Positions 48,611-62,039 of a stretch of DNA of 64,000 bases are shown here, one piece after another (position 1 is the first letter of the stretch; each line of letters begins with the position of its first letter). The position numbers were made by a program, and so were the translations under genes. The notes below the pieces were generated by a model, which was given only the letters and a program-made list of their open reading frames with translations, searched no databases and was not told where the DNA came from. Where the stretch lies: the NCBI RefSeq assembly GCF_902713615.1, contig NC_052153.1:53112763-53176762 (forward strand), written 5' to 3'. This stretch comes from Scyliorhinus canicula. Lineage: Eukaryota.

Positions 48611-51600
48611 CCACTCTCAGCTTCCTATCTGTCAATCAATCCTTTATCCATGTTAATACATTACCTCCAACTCCGTGCACACTTACCTTGACTATTAACT
48701 TTTTGTGTGGCACCATGTCAAAAGCGTTTTGGAAATCTAGGTATACCACATCTACTGCTTCCCCTTTATCTACCTTACTCGTCACATCCTCAAAATAATG
48801 CCAATAAATTTGTCAAACAGGGTTTAAAACCATGTTGACTTGTTCTAGTTACACTATGCTTTTTGAAATGTATTGCGAACTCTCCTTTAACAATAGATTC
48901 CAATATTTTCATTTGGCTAACTGGCTTGTAGTTCCCAATTTTCTCTCTCCCTCCTTTCTTGAAAGGTGGAGCTACATTTACCAACTTCCACTCTGCTGGG
49001 ACCATTCCTGAATCTAATGAGGTATTGAAAATCGCAGCCAGCACATCCACTATCTCTGCAGCTATCTCCTTTAGAACTCTAGGGCATAAGCCTTCAGTCC
49101 CCAGGGATTAGTCACATTTTGGTCCTTTAAATTTCTCAGATACTTTTTCCACCATTGACATTAATTTCACTTCCACACTCTTTTTCACCCCTAGTTTACC
49201 GTCTATTTGTAGATTGAAACTGGTCTTCAATGCAACTGCCATTTCCTCATTCCCTATAATTTCCTGTGCCTCTGATTCCAAAAGACCAACATTAACTTTA
49301 GCTACTCTTGTCCTTTATATATACTTACAAATGCTCTTGCGTGTTTTTATATTACTGGCTAGTTTGCTCTCATTCCATTTTTTTTCCTTTTTATCAACTT
49401 TTTGGTTGCTCTTTGTTAATTTCTAAAACAATCCTGAGATTTGTTACTTTTCTTTACAATATTGTATGCCTCTTCATTTAATTTAACAGTATCCCTAACA
49501 TCCCAAGTGATTGACAGGTGGGGTTTTCTTAGTGACTTTTTGCTTTTCTATGGAATGTACTTTTGTTGGACATTTTGAATTGTTTACATTCTTCCCACTG
49601 TGTTTACAGCTATACCTTTCAGTCTATTTATCCAATTTACCTCAGCGAGTTCTCCCCTCATACTTTTGTAATTGGCTTTAAGTTTAAAATACTTGTTTGT
49701 GATTGTAGTACGTCACTTTCAAATTTAACCTGGAATTCAATGATATTATGATCACTATTTCCCAGTGGATCTTTTACTACAGCATTACTAATTAACCCTA
49801 CTTCATTGCACAATACTAGATCTAAGATAGCCTCATCCCTTGTTGACTCCAAAATATATTGGTCCAAAAACCGTTACAAAAACATTTCATAACCTCATTT
49901 TCTAGACCACCATTCAGGAAAGGTTAGTTGACAATACCAATTTACAGGCCAGCTAGCCTGACATCAGTGTCAGGAAAATGCTAAAATACATTAAGGAAGT
50001 GGTAACAGGACACTTAGTAAAATCATAATATGATTAGGCAAAATTATATTTGAAAATGTTTAAAGATGTAATTTGCAGGACAGGTTTTTTATTACTTATT
50101 CTTTCATTAGCTGCGTGCATCACTGATAAGGCCAGCATTTGTTTCCCATCCCGAATTTCCCTTGAACTGAGGCCAGTTTGGTACATCATTTCAGAGGACA
50201 GTCAAGAGTCAACACATTTCTCTGGATCTGGAGTGACATGTAGGTCAAACCAAGTTAGGATGGTAGATTTCTTCCCTAAAGGACATTGTAAACTACATCA
50301 GTTCTGGGTTTATCAATAAATTTAGTTTCATGACTTATGAAATAGAAATGTATGAAATAGAAGTACGCCATTCAATAAGATCATGCCTGATCTGTTTGTG
50401 CTGAGTTCCACATTCCTATCTACCCCCGATAATCTCTTGCCCAACAAGAACCATTTGCTTGCCTAACAAGAACTGATCTACCTCTGCCGTAAAAATATTC
50501 AGTGATCCCACCTCCACTACTTTCTGAGGTAGAGTTCCAAAGTCACACAATGCTCTTTTCCTCCTCATCCTTCTCCCACAGTAGCGACCTCTCATTTAAA
50601 AAACAGTGCCCAGCCAGTTCTGGATTCACCCACAAGAGGAACCATCCGGTCAATATCCACTTTTGTCAATACGGTTTAGGATCATAAATACATGAATCAA
50701 ATCATCCCTCACTCTTCTAAATTATGGCGGATACAAGCCCAGCCGTTCCAATCTATCTTCATAAGGCAACTGCTCTTCCAGGTGTCTAACTAGTAAACCT
50801 CCTCTGAACTACCTCCTAAGCATTTACATTCTTCCTTAAATAAGGAGACCAAAACTGCACACAGTATTTGAGATGCGGTCTCAATAATTCCCTGTATAAC
50901 TGAAGCATAACATCCTTGCTTTTCTGTTCCCACTCCCCTTTTTAATAAAGGATAGCATTGCATTAGCCTTCTTGATCTCATGTGTGACTCATGCAAGAAA
51001 ACATAGAGATCTTTTTTCACCTCAGTATTCTGCAGTCATTCTCCATCTAAAGGAATACTCTGCCTTTTTTTATTCTTCCTGCCAAAGTGAACAACTTTAC
51101 ATTTTCCCACATTAAACTTTATCTGGCAGATTTTTTGCCCATTCACTCAACCAATCGATAAGAACAAATATCGCACTGAGATAGAGGGTCAGCCATGATC
51201 CTTCAGAATGACAGAGCAGGCTCCAAGGGCCAAATGGCCTCCTCCTGCTCCTAGTTTCAATGTTTCACCTGCAAGCTCTGCATGTCTTCTTCACAACGTA
51301 CTTTCCTACTTATCATTAAGTCACCTGTAAATTTAGCTACCATGCCTTCACTCCCCTCATCGAAGTCATTGATGCAAATTATAAAAGGTTGAGTCCCCAG
51401 CAGACCCTGGGGGACTCTACTCATCACATCCTGCCAGTCCATTTATGCATACTCTGTTTTCTGCCAGCCAGCCAATCTTCAATCCGGGCTAATATGGTAC
51501 TTCCTACAAGAGTTTTTTTGTTTGCAATAACCTTTGACATGGCACCCTATCAAATGCTTTCTGAAAATTCAAATAGAGAAAGTCTAGAGGCTCGCCTCCA

Positions 51601-54600
51601 TCTACAGCATATTTTATTCCTTCAAAGAGCTCTAGTAAATTGGTTAAACATGATCTCTCTTTCATAAAACCATGCTGACTCTTCCCAATTACCTTAAGAT
51701 TGTCTTCATGCCCAGCTATTGTACCTTTAGTAATCAATTCTAACACCTTCCCAATGACAGGCATCAAGCTAACTAACCAATGGTTTTGTTTTTTCTTCCT
51801 CCCTCACTACTTGAATTTTCTTCCTCCCTCCCTACTTGAATAGAAGGGTTGTATTTGCTACTTTCTAGTTCTTTCATCAGACACCTCTTTTAAGACTCTA
51901 GGATGAGGCCCATCAGGACCCGGACACTTGTCAGCCTATAGTTGTTTGTTCAGTATTGCTTCCCGAGTGATTCTAATTTCACCGAATTCCTCCCTTCCCC
52001 GCCACCTCCAATTTACAGCTATTACTGGAATATTTCTTGCATCTTCTATGGTGAAAATGGGAACAATATACTTGTTAATTTCATCCACCATTTCCTCAAT
52101 TTCTATTATTAACTGCCCATTCTCACTCTCTCGAGGACCAACACTCACTTTATTTACTCTTTTCCTGTTTAAATACCTGTAGAAACTCTTGCTATCTTTT
52201 TATAGAACAGTACAGCACAGAACAGGCCCTTGGGCCCTCAATGTTGTGCCGAGCAATGATCACCCTACTTAAACCCACGTAACCCGTATACCCGTAACCT
52301 TACACTACGGGCAATTTAGCATGGCCAATCCACCTAACCCGCACATCTTTAGACTGTGGGAGGAAACCGGAGCACCCGGAGGAAACCCACGCACATACGG
52401 GGAGGACGTGCAGACTCTGTTCTCTGTTTTATATCTGTCTATATCTGTTTTATATACCTAGCTATTTATTTATTTTGATTAACCTTATCTACTTTATATT
52501 CTGACCAAACATCCTATCTGCCACTCACCTTTACGCAGTTATATGTTTCTTTCTTAAGTTTGATACTTTCCCTGACTTCTTTAGTTAACCAGAGAAAGTG
52601 GATCCTTCCTTCAGAATTTTTCTTTACAGCAGGACTACATTTATTCTGAGTATTCTGAAATGTCCCCTTCACTAAATGCCACTGCTTCACTATTGATCTA
52701 TCCTCTAGCCTAGTATCCCAGTTCACTTCACTTAGCTCAGCTTTTGTGCCCACATAGTTGTCCTTATTTAAGTTTAAAATACTAATCTTAGACCCACTCT
52801 TCGCCCTGTCAAACTGGATGTAAAATATAATCATATTGTGGTCACCACGACCTAGGGGTGCCTTTACTCTGAGGTCATTAATTAATCCTGTCACATTAAC
52901 CACACTAAGTACAATATAACCTGCTCTCTGGTTAGTTCCAGAATGTGCTGTTCCAATAATTAATCCTGTCACATTAACAACACTAAGTACAATATAACTT
53001 ACTCTCTGGTTAGTTCCAGAATGTGCTGTTCCAAGAAACTATCTCAAAAGCATTCATCCAGGTCGCTACTGCCAATCTGATTTTTCCAGTTTGTGTGTGG
53101 AATAAAGTCACCCATGATTATTACCGTTCCTTTGTTACAAGCTCCCAATACTTCTTCTTGTGTATGCTTTCCAACATTGTTACTGTAGGGATCCTGCAGA
53201 CCAGTCCCACGACAGATTAATTTCCCGTACGATACCAAACTGATTCCACATCCTGATCTCATGAACAAAGGTTATCTCTAACTGTTGCACCCATGCCACC
53301 CTCAATAAACAGTGCTCCCGGTCCATCTTTTAAAAAATTCATTTTAAGGGATGTGGGCATCGCTGGTTAAGCCAGCATTTATCGCCCATCCCTAGTTGCC
53401 TTTCAGAAGGTGGTGGCAAGTTGCCTTTTCAAACAGCTGCCATCCTCGAGGTGCAGGTACACCCAATGTGCTGTTAAGGAGTTCCAGGATGTTTCTCCAG
53501 CGACAGTAAAGGAACGGCAATATATTTCCAAGTCAGGGTGGTGAGTAATTTGGAGGGGAACCTCCAGGTGGTAAGGTTCCCAGGTATCTGCTGCTCTTGT
53601 CCTTCTAGATAGTAGTGGTCGTGGGTTTAGAAGGTGCTGTCTAAGGAATCTTGGTAAGTTACTGCAGTGTATCTTGTAGGTGGCTGCCACTGTTCATTGG
53701 TGGTGGAGGGTTTGAACGTTTGTGAAAGGGGGCTGTTCTGTCTTGGATGGTGTTGAGCTTCTTGAGTGTTGTTGGAGCTGCACTCATCCAGGCAAGTGGA
53801 GAGTATTCCATTACATTCCTGACTTGTGCCTTGTAGATGGTAGACAGGCTTTGGTGGGGAACTTGCCACTTGTCAGCCCAAGCCTAGATATTAGAACATA
53901 GAACAGTAGCACAGTAGAGGCCCTTCGGCTAACGATGTTGTGCCGACCATTTATCCTAATCTAAGGTCAATCTAACCTACAACCCTTCAATTTACTGCTG
54001 TCCACGTGCCTATCCAAGGGTCGCTTAAATGTCCCTAATGACTCAGACTCCACTACCTCTACTGGCAGTGCGTTCCACGCATTGTCCAGGTCTTGCTGCA
54101 TTTGGGCATCCCGACTTCTGACCTTACGATGGAAGGGAGCTCATTGATGAAGCAGCTGAAGATGGAGGGGCCTAGGACACTACCCTGAGGAACTCCCGCA
54201 GTGATGTCCTGGAGCTGAGATGATTGACCTCCAACCACCACAACCATCTTCCTTTGTGCCAGGTATGACTCCAACCAGCACAGTTTCCCCCGATTCCCAC
54301 CGACTCCAGTTTAGCTAGGACTCCTTGATGCCAAGGGCAATCACTCGCACCTCACCTTTAGATAGCTCCCTATTCTTCTTGAATGCCGTACGCTCCTCAA
54401 TATGCAGGACCTAATCCTTGTCCTCCTGCAGCCAGATCTCCGCAATAGCTATCAGATCAGATTTATTTACTTCAATATGCTCTATCAATGTATTAATTTT
54501 GTTATGAATACCACATGCATTTAGATATAGAGACTTTATTTTAATCTTTTTACTATCTTTGTAGCATCTAGTTTGGATTATTTGTGCAATCTTAAGTTTT

Positions 54601-55360
54601 TCTCTCTCAGTCCCTTCCTGTCATTCTTCAACATCATTTCCCACTTGACTATTTTCCTCTCTTCCTTCATCTCTATGCTTGAATATACCAGATCTTTCCA
54701 CATTTGATCCCTTGCCTCTACTATTTAGTTTGAAACCCGCTCCACTTCTCTAGTTCACAAGAATACTGGTCCCAACATGGCTCAGGTATAGACCGTCCCA
54801 ATGATACAGCCCTCACTTTCCCCAGTACTGGTGCCAGTGCCTCACAAACCGCTTCTCCCACATCAGTCTGTGAGCAACGTATTCGCCTCTCTAATTTCAT
54901 GTACCCTATGCCAATTTGGACACGGTTCAGGTAATAATCTAGAGATGATAACTTTTGAGGGTCTGCTTTTCAATTTAGTGTTTTGTCTTCATACTCTCTA
55001 TGTAGAACCTCTTGCCTAGTTCTTTACCAACATGAACCGCAACAACTGGATCCTTCCCTTCCCACTGCAGGTTCCTCTCCAGCCCTGAGCAGATGTCCCA
55101 AACCTGGGGACCAGGTTGGTAACATAGCCGTCTGGACTAGTGCTCTTTGCTGCAGAACAGTGTTGATCCCCTTCACTACCATTACATTCCTTTGTGCTCC
55201 CCCCACTTGAATGGCTTCCAGTACCACAGTCAAGGTCATTTTGCTCAACCAAACAAGCTGAGAGAACCTCAAACCCATTGGACAATTGCTGAGACTCACA
55301 CGCTTGCCCTCTGGGTCCCCTTACCTGCCTCATTCATATTTACACCCTCCAGTCCCAGTC
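48610..55360 (-). mobile_element. Stack of degraded minus-strand CR1 LINEs with nested SINE (52202-52416) and second-family LINE (53335-54360)
   Basis: [32 protein letters not shown] motifs and an ORF1-like LSNGFEVL motif; 78-bp tandem duplication at 52879-52956 and 52957-53034. Confidence 0.8.
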
Positions 55361-55394
55361 AGGATGCCTCATGTGGGGCCATATAACTCTATTT

Positions 55395-58300
55395 TATAGA
55401 GGTATACAGCACAGAAAAGGGCCTTCGGCCCATCGTGTCTGCGCTGATCAAAAACAACCATCTAAGTATTCAAATCCCATTTTCCAGCACTTGGCCTGTA
55501 GCCTTGGTATCTCAAGTGCACATGTAAATACTACTTAAACGTCATGAGGGTCTCTGCCTCCACCATCCTTTAAGGTAGCAATTTCAAGACTCCCCCCACC
55601 CTCTGGGTGACCTCTGAACCTCTTGACCGTTACCGTAAATCTAAAATCTCATCGCCTGGATGGCAGCACGCTGATTAGCACTACTTCCTCACAGCGCCGA
55701 GGACCCAGGTTCGATCCCGGCCAAGGATCACTGTCCGTGTGGAGGTTGCACATTCTCCCTGTGTCTGCATGGATCTCACCCCCACAATCCAAAGATGTGC
55801 AGGTGGATTAGCCATGCCCCTTAATTGGAAACATTTAAAAAAAACAAATGCCCCTTGGTCATCGATTCCTCCACCAAGGGGAAAGTTTCTTCCTGTCTAC
55901 TCTTAGCTATGCCCTCATAATTTTATGCATTTCAATCATGTCCCACCTTGTCTCCTCTGCTCCAAGGAAAACAACCCCAGTCTAGCTAATTTCTCTTCAT
56001 AACTAAAACTCCCCAGCCCAGGCAACATTCTGGTAAATCTCCTCTGCACCCTTTCCAATACTCTCCTATAATGTGGATTACAGAACTGCACACAATACTC
56101 TAGTTAAAGACTGATCAACATCTTATACAGTTTTTATACAGTTCCAGCAAAACCTCCCTGTTTTTAAACTCTGCCTCAGCTAATAAAGGCCTTCTATATA
56201 ACTTCTTAACCACTTTATAACCTGTCCTGCTACGTTAAGCGACCGGTGTACATGCGCACCAAGGTCCCTCTGATCTTCGCTGCTTCCCAGGGTTCTGACA
56301 TTCATCGTGTATTCCCTTGCCTTGTTTATCCTGCCCAGGTGAATTACCTCACGCTTGCCTGGATTGATTTTCATCCACTGATCAGCCCATCTGACCGGCC
56401 TGTCTGTATCCTCATGTAATTCAAGGCTACCCTCTTCACGATTTACCACCCCACCAATTTTTGTATTATCCGCAAACTTACTGATCAACCCTCCTATATT
56501 CAAGTCTAAATTATTTATATAAATCACAAACAGCAAGTGTCGCAACAATGATTCCTGGGGAACCCCACAGGACACAGGCGATCAGTCAGAAAAATACCTT
56601 CTACCACCATCTTCTGCTTCCTGCCACTCAGCCAATTCTGGATCCAATTTGCCAAATTTCCTTGGATTTCATGGGTTCTTACCTTCACTCAGTCTCCCAT
56701 GTGAGACCTTATCAAAAGCCTTGCTGAAGTCCATGTAGACTTCGTAAAATGCACTGCCCTGATCTACACACGTGATCACCTCTTTGAAAAGGTTGGTCAT
56801 ACATGACCTCGCCTTAACAAAACCAAGTTGACTATTCTTGATTAATCCCTGCCTCCAAATGCAAATCATTTCTGTCTCAGGATTGCTTCCAGTAGTTTTC
56901 CCCCCACTGAGGTTAGACTGACTGGTCTGTTTCCTGGTTTATCCCTTCTTCTCCTCTTGAATAATGGTACTACATTGACTATCCTCCAGTCCTGCTGTGG
57001 CCAGAGAGGAATTGAAAATTATTGCCAGCGCCCCTGCTATTTCCTCTCTTGCAACACTCAACAGTCTGATATACATTTCATCTCGCCCTGGATATTTGTC
57101 TACTTTTAAGCCTGCCTGGCAACTCAGACACCCCTCTCTGTCAAAGTTAATTTCATTACAGTCACAGACGCACGACAGTACAGAGGCCATTCAGCCCATC
57201 AATTCTGCACTGACCCTTGGAAAGAGCACTTTACCTAGGTCCAAGCCCCCATTCCATCCCCCAAATCACACCTAACCTTTTTTTTGGAAACCAAGAGCAA
57301 TTTGGCATGGCTAATCCACCTAGCCTGCACATCTTTGGATTGTGGGAGGAAACTTGAGCAACCGGACAAACCCACGTAGACACGGGGAGAAAGTGCAAAC
57401 CACACACAGTCACCCGAGGCCGGAGTCCCCAGCACTGTGAGGCAGCAGTTCTAACCACTGTGCCATTCTTCTCCCCAATTTCTATACCCGCATTGTCCCT
57501 CTCACTAGTGAACACTGGCAAAAAGTATTAAATTAGAACCCTACCTACGTCCTCTGGCTCCACATGCAAATTACACGGTGGTCCTTAATGGGCCCTTCTC
57601 GTCCTAGTTATCCTTTTACCCTGACGTATTTGTAAAACAACTTCAAATTTTCCTTTATTTTACCTACCAGTAACCTTTAATGCCCCTTTTTGCTCTAATT
57701 TCCTTTTCAAGTTCCCTCTTGTACATTCCCTCTAGGGCTTCTGCTAGTTTGAGCCCTCAATATCTGCCATAAACCTCCCTTTTTCTCTTTATCCAATGCT
57801 GTATATCCCTCAATAACCAGGGTATCTGGGATTTGTTGGTCCCACTCTTGTTCTTTATTGGAACATGTTGGCCATGTACTCTCCCTATTTCCTTCTTGAA
57901 TGCGTCCCACTGTTCTATCACAAGTTTACCTAACATGTTTCTGCTTCCAGTCCACTCTGACCATATCATATCTTATTAAATTCGGCCTTCTCTCAGTTTA
58001 GAACTTTGATTTCAAGCCCTTCTTTGACCTTTTCTACAATAATCTTGAATCTAACGGAGTTATGATCGCTGTCTGTAAAATGCTCCCCCCACTGACACTT
58101 CAACCACTTGTGCAAATCATTATCTAAAATTAAGTCCAGTACCGCCCACTCTCTTGTACTAGCTTAAAAAATTCACTTGGACGCACTTGAAGAATTCCAC
58201 TCCCTCTAAACCTTACACTCTATGACTATCCTCTTGGGGAAGTTGAAATTCCCCACTATTACTTTTACACTTCTCTGAAATTTGCCAACATATCTGCTCT

Positions 58301-58980
58301 TCTATTTCTCTCAGACTGTTCGGGGCCTATAGCACACTCCCAGCAATGTGACTGCTCCTTTTTGATTTTTAGGTTGTACTCATATGACTTAATTTGAAGA
58401 GCCTTCGAAGATGTCGCTCCCCCCTCCTTACTGTTGTAATTGATTCTTTGTTCAAAATTTTGACCCCCCCCTCCCCTCGCCTCTTTTACTCCCTTCCCCG
58501 TCTCACCTGAAGATTGTATATCCTGGAATATTGAGCTGCCAATCCTACCTCTCTCAACCAGGCCTCATTGACAGCAATGACATCATACCCCCATGTTTTA
58601 ATTTGTGCCCTCAACTCATCTGCCTTGCTTGTCAGATTCCTTGCATTAAAATAAATACCATCCAATCTTGCCAAATCCCTTGTGACTTAACTGGACAATA
58701 ACTTCTATGCCTTCATGACTCACTTCCTACCTCTTCTCATTTTGGCTGTACATCTCCCTCTGCTGATCCCAAACCCCTGCCAGGTTAGATTAAACCCCTC
58801 CAACAGCACTAGCAAACCACCCTGCAAGGATGTTAGTCCCATTTTGGTTCAGGCGCAACCAATCCGCCATCCCCCAACACGGTCCCAATGTCCCAGAAAA
58901 CGAAAGCCCTCCCTCCTGCACCAGTTCTCCGACCACGCATTCATCTGGACTAACCTCCTATTTCTATACTGGCCAGGACT
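55395..58980 (-). mobile_element. Long degraded CR1 LINE (EN start to 3' tail) with V-SINEs at about 55660-55845 (+, A-tailed) and 57175-57465 (-, CR1-tailed)
   Basis: YFNARNL...ELRAQI...EAW (EN start), YMDFSKAFDKV, KFADNTK. Confidence 0.85.
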
Positions 58981-59194
58981 TATGAACAAGATGTGTTTTA
59001 ATGTCAGCCAGGAGTTACACAGTCACCATTACTTTTTTCCAGATTTATTTCACAGAATTTGAATACCCCTTATAGTGACATCTGAACGCATGGTCCCAAA
59101 TCATTTGTTCAGGCCTCCGGATGACCAGTTCAGAATCATAACCACGATGCTACCGTACCTGATTAGTTTGGATTATTGCAGAGCCAGAACATGA

Positions 59195-59525
59195 TAGTGG
59201 GATCAGTTTGAGATCGATACCGGCCAAAAGGAAAAAACGGGACAGTGGGAACAGTTGGGGATTGATGCTGCCTATATAGGGAGAGGGATCAATTTGGGAC
59301 TGATATCGAGTCCTTGGAAGAGCACAGGGCTTGGGGATGTTTGGGATTGATACTGGGTTTAAGGGAGTGTGACAATGGGAATCAGTTTAGGATTGATACC
59401 GGGCTATAGGGACAGAGATGGGCAGTGGGATTATTTTGGGGTTGATGCGGGACAGAGGGAGTGAGGTCAGTTTGGGATTCATACGGGGACGTAGGAATGG
59501 AGAAGGGCAGTTTGGGATTCATGCA
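59195..59525 (+). repeat. Degenerate tandem minisatellite, core (c)agtttgggattgata
   Basis: About 8 imperfect copies spaced roughly 40-55 bp apart. Confidence 0.75.
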
Positions 59526-59810
59526 GAATGTTAAGAGCTACGGGAAAAGCAGGAGTAACTGAATGAAGGGGATTTGGTTTTGCAGAGCGGGAGTGAAGAC
59601 ATTTACACCAGTGGCTGAAACAGCTGGTTCCCGGTTCCCGCCGAAGTGGGTTGGAGGCAATGAAATCTACCGGCGCTGCCGTGGCCTTTCAGGGTTAAGG
59701 ACGGCTGTCACGGAATTGTGTGCAGGTAACGGGCCAACCGAGCGGCTCTCAGTGGTTAATGTGGCCGCCGGTGGAGCGCATGCATCGTGCATTGCCGCCG
59801 TTTCGCCTAC

Positions 59811-59844
59811 CGTCATTATCGTCGCTGTGTCGTCTCCTCGACAT
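59811..59844 (-). CDS. NCBP1: NCBP1 coding exon 1 (MSRRRHSDDND-G), 34 nt
   Basis: Reverse complement reads ATG TCG AGG AGA CGA CAC AGC GAC GAT AAT GAC G|GTAGGC, matching the CBP80 N-terminal bipartite NLS start. Lies in a CpG island. Confidence 0.96.
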
Positions 59845-60118
59845 GTCTGGGTGCTGTCAGAATCAGAAGCGGGGTGCTGGCCGGATGATACCGCCGGCTA
59901 ACTATCCACTCGCGGACCTTAACCACTCTCGAGACACTCACACGAACTCGCCCCCCTCCCCTAGATAATGGCGGACACTCCGCACAAGCGCTTCCGAGGT
60001 GAAAGTCGCATGTTCCCCAACTGCTTCCGGTTGTGAGTGGCGGCAGGCCGCTTTTACTTGGCGCCGGTTTCACCCTCACTCAGGATCGCGCCGCTGCCCG
60101 TGCTGGAGCCCCGCTGCC

Positions 60119-60247
60119 ATGGAGATGCCGTTCCATCCCAGCATGCCTGAGCCGGACGTTGAGAACTGTGAGAAATGGCGCGAGCTCAACGGCCGGCCGG
60201 CGCGCGCTAATCCGAGCCGCAAGCGCAGAGGGCCGGCCAGGAAAAGG
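60119..60247 (+). CDS. TSTD2: Probable first coding exon of TSTD2 (MEMPFHPSMPEPDVENCEKW...ARKR), 43 codons
   Basis: Strong Kozak GCCATGG and phase-0 donor AGG|GTGAGA. Head-to-head with NCBP1, as recalled for human TSTD2. Weak similarity to the recalled human N-terminus (MP...D.ENC, first coding exon ending in a basic patch). Later exons are not in the window. Confidence 0.65.
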
Positions 60248-60649
60248 GTGAGAGACCGGGGCGGGCGGCGGCTGGGAGACTATTTAATTATCCCCTGTTT
60301 GCCATTTCATAGAATTTCCACTGGGCGTGTGTTTTCCTCTTACCTCGGCCCTGTTCATTATTTTTAAATTGTGTTTATTTGTCATTTATTTCTGGTTCCG
60401 ACGAAGAGTCTTTTCCGGCTGCTGAATATTTTTCTGCCTTTTCAGATTGTCTACTCCTGCGGTTGCTAAATTTGGTGCTGTACAGAAGGTAGATAATATT
60501 GTGACGATGGGACTAAACTGTGCGGCTGTATTCGCACGATGTGGACTGTTTCGCAGATGCCTGTGAATCTGGCACTCCTGCCCAGTCTGGCATACAGGTG
60601 GCTCAAATAATAATAATACCCTTTGGGCTGCTGAATATAACCGCCAACA

Positions 60650-61900
60650 CCTGATGTGGATGGAGGATGAGCTTTTCTTGCAGGTGGCTGGGTTTATGTG
60701 GGATGTCAGTGCTGGCTATGGTTTCGCAAACGGCTTCTGAGCCCTCAGCTTTGCAGGCTGTCCTTCAGTGGGAACAACATTGTTGTTGGACGATAGAGAT
60801 GGCGGTGGACTGTCTGCTCGAGCAGCTGCCCTCACTTCCCATCTCTCAGCGTTTTTTGTCAGTGCTGCTTCTGTTTGGAAGATCTCAACACAATTTTTCA
60901 TGATGGATCCCCATTGTGACCATGATTGGGATACCTGCTTCCCATGTGTTGATTTCACGGAGGCTTTGAAATGTCTCCTTTGGCTCCCTGGCATGACGCT
61001 GAGCAGAGCACCTGTTTGGGCAGTCTTGAGTCATACACTCTGACGAATGTCCCGACCACCTCAGTTGATGTGATGTTATGATGGCTTCTACACTTGGCAT
61101 GTTTGTGTCTTGAAGGACACGTGTGTTTGCTCTTTTGTCATTGGTGATGACGTTCTAGAGCCTTGATTTTGTGTCTATAAAAATAAAAGCAAATTACAGT
61201 GGATGTTGAAATCTGAAACCAAAGAGAAAATGCTGGAAAATCTCAGCAGGTCTGGCAGCATCTGTGGGGAGAGAAAAGCTAACGTTTCGAGTCCAGATGA
61301 CCCTTTGTCAATCATCTGGACTGGAAACGTTAGCTCTTTCCTCTCCCGACAAATGCTGCCAGGCCTGCTGAGATTTTCCAGCATTTTCTTTTTGGTTACT
61401 GTGTCTATAGGTTGTCCGAGCTTTAGTACTCGAGAAGCACATGGTCATCCGTTCATGTAGTTTCTGATTGATTGATTTATTTATGAAACTTCTTGAGCTC
61501 AGTGTTGTTCTGCAGGCTGAAATCCTCTTGTGCTGATCAGCCCAGGAAAAAAACATTTTGTACCAGTATTATTGCCCCGTTTTCTCCTTCTGGGAATTCA
61601 TTAGGGGGATCTCCTGCATTAATAACAGTTCAATAACGGATAACAGTGGTCTGTGCAGCATGTGTTGACTGTAAGGAAGCGTGTGCAATAAGTCCTGCTT
61701 CGATCTTGTCTGTCACCAGGATGCCTTGAACTTTTTTGTGTGAAAAAGTTTGTTTATGACCACAAGATTGTCTCCAGCACACAGGATAAAGAGGCATACA
61801 CCATTCAAATTGGTCTTTCCAACCATGCTTTCCAGTGGTGTTTGGCCAAAGGGCATGGTTGTCCTTCATCTTGGCATTGATCTTTGACTGTGATAGTGCA
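60650..61900 (-). mobile_element. Degraded, internally deleted RTE-clade LINE
   Basis: QLRWSGH-type C-terminal motif (ORF 60885..61100) and a degenerate GKHG endonuclease region. Confidence 0.65.
61180..61399. mobile_element. Penelope-like fold-back element with hammerhead remnant
   Basis: Arms of about 85 bp (61217-61300 and 61312-61397); 10-bp direct repeat tgtgtctata at 61170-61179 and 61400-61409. Confidence 0.8.
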
Positions 61901-62039
61901 GCTGCCAGAATTGCATCTTAAGTTGGAATTAAAAAATTATTTTACCATCCTTGGGGTCTGAGGTAGTTGCATTAGCACTAATGAGGGTAACTTAAGATAG
62001 GATCAATGAGGACTTACGAGACCCTAACAGGAAGTATTT

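Larger units (their letters stand above)
59620..60280. promoter_or_regulatory. CpG island / bidirectional promoter between NCBP1 and the putative TSTD2
   Basis: Most CpG-rich non-repeat stretch in the window. YY1-like ATAATGGCGG at 59965-59974 and ETS/GABP-like CTTCCGG at 60024-60030. The two ATGs are 275 bp apart. Confidence 0.85.

Noticed and set aside
52879-53034. 78-bp tandem duplication
   Set aside because: Lies within a dead CR1 endonuclease region; an ordinary local duplication.
59195-59525. Repeat-spacer appearance resembling a CRISPR array
   Set aside because: Units are degenerate, the spacers resemble each other, there are no cas genes and the context is a vertebrate intron.
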